DNA of 64,000 bases, taken from assembly GCA_965603825.1 (NCBI GenBank), contig CBFDEM010000023.1:558001-622000 (forward strand), in the 5' to 3' direction. The notes beneath the pieces are model-generated. The model did no database searches, was not told the origin of the DNA, and was given only the letters and a program-made list of their open reading frames with translations. Of the stretch, positions 59,570-64,000 are shown one piece after another; the stretch's first letter is position 1, and the number at the start of each line of letters is the position of its first letter. The DNA is from Blepharisma stoltei ATCC 30299 (taxonomy: Eukaryota; Protista; Ciliophora). Made by a program: the position numbers and the translations under genes.

Positions 59570-61617
59570 CTATACGTATCTATTTGTTCTTGACCTCATC
59601 AACTGCTTTATTTCTTCGCTTTGAGACCCCACAGTAGACGCGACAGTTCTTTTTCTTAAACTATACCTCTCATTTTTAGTGCTTTTCCTTATCAAATGTT
59701 TCGGGATTTCATGTCATGACTGATGTCTTTTGAGTTCTTCTGACAAATCATTGTCATTTTCCGTTGCATATTGGACTATAACCCCTAATGTTTCTTTAGC
59801 TAAATATCTGAAATCTCTTTCCTCCACAGTCGCTATAGGTTCTATAGCTGCTGCTACTAATTTGCTTAAAACTCCTCTTGATAATAAAATATACCTTAAA
59901 TTCTTTTCATTTTTGCACTCAAACATATAAAACGACAGCTTTTTCATCAGTGAGCACAAAATCGCATTAGTTTTATACACAAAAAGACAAGTAAATAGCT
60001 TATTCCAGCATTCTCTTTCTATTGCACATACATTTTGTGGGGTAAGTTCAAGAATATTTGCAAGAGCTCTGAACAAGTTAAGTAAATAAAGATTTATAGG
60101 AATTTGTATTGTAAACGCATTCAGCTGGATTATTTTATTTTTCGTGGAAAGCTGAAACCTCATGATTTCTCCTTGCAAGCAGTTAATCACATCAGGGTTT
60201 AAAAATATCGAAATATGTGTGAAATTGTCAGTTTTGCAGGCTTTTACCACTGTAATCAGAATATTTAAATACTCATTTTTTACTTCAAGCCACCTTGGGT
60301 GGTCGATTTCTTTTAAGCTTGCTTCTATTAGCCCTTGCATTAGCACAGTCCCATTAGTTACCAATAGCAAGCTTTTCAATACTTCAGCTTCTTTAAAAAG
60401 GGCTTTATTTTCAGCATCTCTAATTTCGTCCACACTAGAAAGGACTGGGACTGATAGTGCGTCACTTAAAAGCTGCTCAAAAAATGAAGCAATGCCAGTT
60501 AATACATCAATTCCTTCATCTGTGATATTTGATAAATGATAAGCTTGTAGCTGCAACAATTCTTGAATAAATTTTGGCAAAAGCTCGCCTACTATTCTAT
60601 TTCTCCATTGAATCAATATTGAGTGGTTCGTTATTATAACAAAATGCAAAAAATGCTGAATTGCTCCAAATTTTATATGTGTTATCATATGCTCGCCTAT
60701 TTCGAGTTCGAAAAACAGAGCAAGGGTTCTATTTTCGTCTTTTTTTATCCAGAAATCAATTAGTTTGCAAGCCATCATTACTTTGACTTCTTCTACATGT
60801 GCTGAGAAGAAATCAGCGATATGGTGCATGGTCAGTTCAACTGCGTCAAATTGATGATATTTATGGAATATTGAAGAGTTTTGAGGGTCAATGTAAGCTT
60901 TAAATGCTATTGTGGCACCATTTTCATGCTTAAAAATGTGATCTAAAAGTAATTGAAAGTTATGTTGGTCAGAAAAAAATTCAGCCATAATAATTCCGTC
61001 GACATTTACCATTTCACCATCATTTGTCTTTAAAAATGGGCCTTGAGCTAGCCAGTCACCTATAAGCCTTACTTTATCTTCTGTATGAAAATCGCTAAAA
61101 TTTATTTTTTGGCTTGCCAATATATGGTTTGATGCTTTAAGTTCTGCTATCCTTTTTGCTAGTTTTGAAGTTATTGCTCTTTCTTGTAGCTTTATAAAAG
61201 CATGCTCAAAGCGATTTCTCAGGATTTCTTGTTTATCTTTTGGTGCCTAGATGTTTTTTACAGAATTTAAAACGACTTCAATAAAATTCAGGATTTTTGA
61301 AATTACTTGTTCATTTGTGGCTTTTAGAATTTCTTGTGTGATTATTTGTGAGACATCAAATCCTTCTTGAGAAAAAACTCGAAATAGGTCACAAACTAAC
61401 CCATCAATCTATTTATTCTTACTTCTGGAATCTGCATTGAGATATTTATCAAAGACGGAAAAATAGAGCTGAAATAGATTTTTAAGTCTTTCAGTGATTT
61501 TTCTGTTTGTATTGCTGTGTTGAATTGCTCTAGAAGCTGCATAAGGAGTCGAGGGTTGAGATCATGGCTGGATTCTAACTTTCTAAGATTAGCAAGAATA
61601 CTTGATACCTCAGCCAT
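59570..61617 (-). CDS. Helical-repeat protein, weakly SAPS/PP6-regulatory-like; introns 61409-61422 and 61247-61261; TGA=Trp at 59714
   Basis: Exons join into one frame ending at TAG 59570. LF.CLF.YKTN.IL resembles SAPS LFF.YPWNNFL; the product call is tentative. Confidence 0.65.
61409..61422 (-). other. 14-nt GT-AG intron candidate (GTAAGAATAAATAG)
   Basis: The only single GT-AG removal I found that joins exon 1 (65 codons) to the downstream open frame. Confidence 0.65.
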
Positions 61618-61788
61618 TAATAAATTATTCAATTTGAGGTGGGAAATTTTAAAATAAAGATTTTTTATTGTTGAGCAATAGGTTTGCTTTGACTTTTTAC
61701 CTTGGGGAATATCTTAATAATTGAGTTAAGCCAATAAGTAGAACTATTGTTTTGTTTTTATGATAATAAATAATTTAAATAATTAAGC

Positions 61789-63612
61789 TTATCTGATTTT
61801 TTTAGGTTTTAATACATTCATATCAGCTTTCAAATTGCTTAGTCAATTTGAATGCTTCCAAGCAAACTCTTTTGCTAAATCAGCATGCCGGTAAGATACT
61901 TTAAGATTGATTTCTGAGCTACGAAGTTGATTATCAGTAAAGTTTGAAGTTGAATGCAAAGGAAATTGCCTATGATCATTTACATATTCAAATTTATCAG
62001 GTTTCTCACTTCTTCAACTCTTAATTATTTCTTCTTCTGTATCTGTCAAACTATTTCTATCCCTTTTGCGTTTTGGCCCAGGAGTTATCTCATTATGCTT
62101 ACTCGATGAAATTAACCCACAAAACGGGGATTTCCTTTTCTTTTCAGAGCTTAATAATTCATTTTTAGAGTGAGGCTGATGGATTTTTCTAGTACTTTTC
62201 ATTAAAACATCATACTGTTTATTCATTTTGTAATATTTGCTATGAAAAAATTCTATTTCTTCTTGAAGCTTTAATAAAGTTTCGTTTTTCAGGTAAAGCT
62301 GATTATTTACTAATTCTAGCTCAATTTCTAAATTTTTCATTTTATCAAAAGCAGCTTTAGGCTCATATACAGACTTCACAGCAGTTTTTTTATAATTTTG
62401 AGCCTGCACTAATTTTTCAAGCCTTTCTTTGTGCTCAGTTTGTTTAGCTTTTCGATATACACTTATTTTTGTATATGTGTCATTTTTGACTTGCTCTTCT
62501 AATTTGACAGAGAGCTCCTCTAATGCTTTTTTCTTTTTATTTGGAATTTGATTTCTTAAATTTTGTTTAATTTCGTCTATTTCTTGCTGGTAATGCAATT
62601 TTATCTTATTGACTTCATCATCATTTGCTTTTTGAAATTCATTTTTAGCTTCGGTAATTTTATTATTTCATTGCATTTCGTCATTTTTTAATTGCAAAAT
62701 ATCAACTTCTAAGGCTTTTATAGAATTTTTATATTCTCTTTCGATTTTATTTTTTATTTTAAGCTTCTCTGTTTCAAAATGCTGGGTGCGTTCATAAACA
62801 TTTTCATAAAACCCCTGAGTAATCTTTCGCTCAATATCTAGTTCAGCTCTTAAATTGTCTAATTCTTTATTTCCAGGCTCAGTTATCATTGCTAAATCAA
62901 TTTCTCTTTGTGTGTTTTCTTTAATCTTCTTTATTTCTCTTCCTTTATAATCTTCTAATTTTTCGCTTATTTCATTTAGAATATTCTTTGTTTTATTTTT
63001 CATTTTTTTTATCTCTTCATCACAATTTGTTGCAATTTTTTCTTCATATGCAAAAACCTGCATAATCTTTTTGGCTTTTAAGTATTCATATGTATCTTTT
63101 TCTTCTTTTTCATATTTGGCCTTTAATTCTTTTAAACTGTTTTCAAATTTCTCATTAATTTCTTTTGTATTTTTTTCTAATTCAATATCATATTCCTCTT
63201 GAGTTAATCTTTTATTAGGAGGTTTATGATTAGGATTTGGCACTGAAAATGGCAAATTATGACTATGAATCTTTTTTTGATCTTGTATAGGCAATATTCC
63301 ATCTTTATCATCATCTTTTCTCAGCTTAATTTCTTTTACTTCTTTAGCGATTATTTTATAGATAGCATCACAAGGATGCTCAAATGTTTTTTCGCCTGTT
63401 TCTATATTTAGATAATAAATATCGCCATCTCTGGTTTGAAAAGGTTTTCATTCTTTTGGTAATGGAGCTTTTAGAGCATCTCTTGCAATATAAAGTAAAC
63501 TTTCATCTTCTGGGAGAATAAGACCAATATATTCTCCATATTCTCTGATTTCTGCGTCTGTAGGTTCGTAGTTCTCATCAGCTATCTCTTCAAGCATAAG
63601 ACTCTTTTCCAT
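61789..63612 (-). CDS. CEP164-like protein (N-terminal WW-containing domain plus coiled coil); 4 TGA=Trp
   Basis: LEEIADENYEPTDAEI..YG..IG...ARDALKAPLPKE(W)KP.QT..GDIYY.N..TG....EHPCD matches the CEP164 N-terminus. The WW Trp is TGA at 63448. Confidence 0.85.
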
Positions 63613-63688
63613 TTTTATGAAAATTTAATTAAAAGCGCTATCAAAAGTTTCAATTTATTTACTATTTATAACAAAATTCAGCTGAGGT

Positions 63689-64000
63689 CTATTTTTTAGT
63701 CCTCTTAGTGATTGCGGGCAAAGGATTTTTTTGATATCTTGCCATTGTGCTTTTGTATCTCTTTTGAACATAATTCTCTTTCCTTTCAGTTCTTTCATTG
63801 GGAATTTTAGATTTTAAAGTGATTTTATTGGCAGGTGAAGGAGAAAAGAGAAATAAATGCTTGAAAGATTCAAAATCTTCAAGTTTTGATTTATTCATAG
63901 AGCTGCCTGATAAAGGCGCATTCCAAAATTCATTTTCGCTACTCCCATAATTTTCTGTGACTTCACTTCTTAATTTTCTAGCTTCTTTCATCAAAATTGA
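63689..64000 (-). CDS. 3' part of a hypothetical basic protein (start outside the window)
   Basis: Frame open from the window edge to TAG 63689. Confidence 0.7.
   Translation of the reverse strand, partial: SILMKEARKLRSEVTENYGSSENEFWNAPLSGSSMNKSKLEDFESFKHLFLFSPSPANKITLKSKIPNERTERKENYVQKRYKSTMARYQKNPLPAITKRTKK

Noticed and set aside
1669-60539. Numerous antisense or alternate-frame ORFs in the track (e.g. 1669..2049, 4815..5177, 9829..10389, 40333..40884, 60162..60539)
   Set aside because: They are shadows of real genes on the other strand: Ser/Phe/Leu-rich mirrors of Glu/Lys-rich sequence with no motifs.
1-64000. Fragmented ORFs read as pseudogenes, selenoproteins or a prokaryotic/organellar sequence
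   Set aside because: Breaks are systematically TGA at Trp positions or TAA/TAG inside GT-AG micro-introns, and gene content is nuclear eukaryotic.

Overview
Eukaryotic, AT-rich and very gene-dense DNA. It is best read as the somatic (macronuclear-type) genome of a heterotrich ciliate of the Blepharisma type. The supplied standard-code ORF track is fragmented for two reasons. First, TGA is an internal Trp codon: about 55-60 in-frame TGAs by hand count, many at invariant Trp positions, while every complete gene ends in TAA or TAG. Second, genes carry tiny spliceosomal introns: 21 located, 16 of them 15 nt GTA...AG, 15 of those with A at position 10. Reassembly gives about 37 protein genes. They include a DEAH helicase, Aurora-like kinase, site-1 protease, TRP-like channel, PGM2, SWEET, P4-ATPase, ENTH adaptor, two phosphatases, a USP, a cyclin, an MFS/POT transporter, ELMO- and NT-C2-domain proteins, FolD, a hybrid His-kinase-like protein, CCDC47 and a CEP164-like protein. 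There is also a box C/D snoRNA of the snR38/SNORD1 type. The most unusual items are a 14-nt intron, a 16-nt GT-GG intron, and a 20-nt intron with a nested out-of-frame 15-nt intron in the helicase. Also notable are stop-less phase-1 introns (possible 5-aa switches), a D/D-GAF-GAF protein with no catalytic domain, and several pseudoenzymes. No mobile element, CRISPR, rRNA or tRNA could be supported. Family assignments come from remembered motifs, not database searches.
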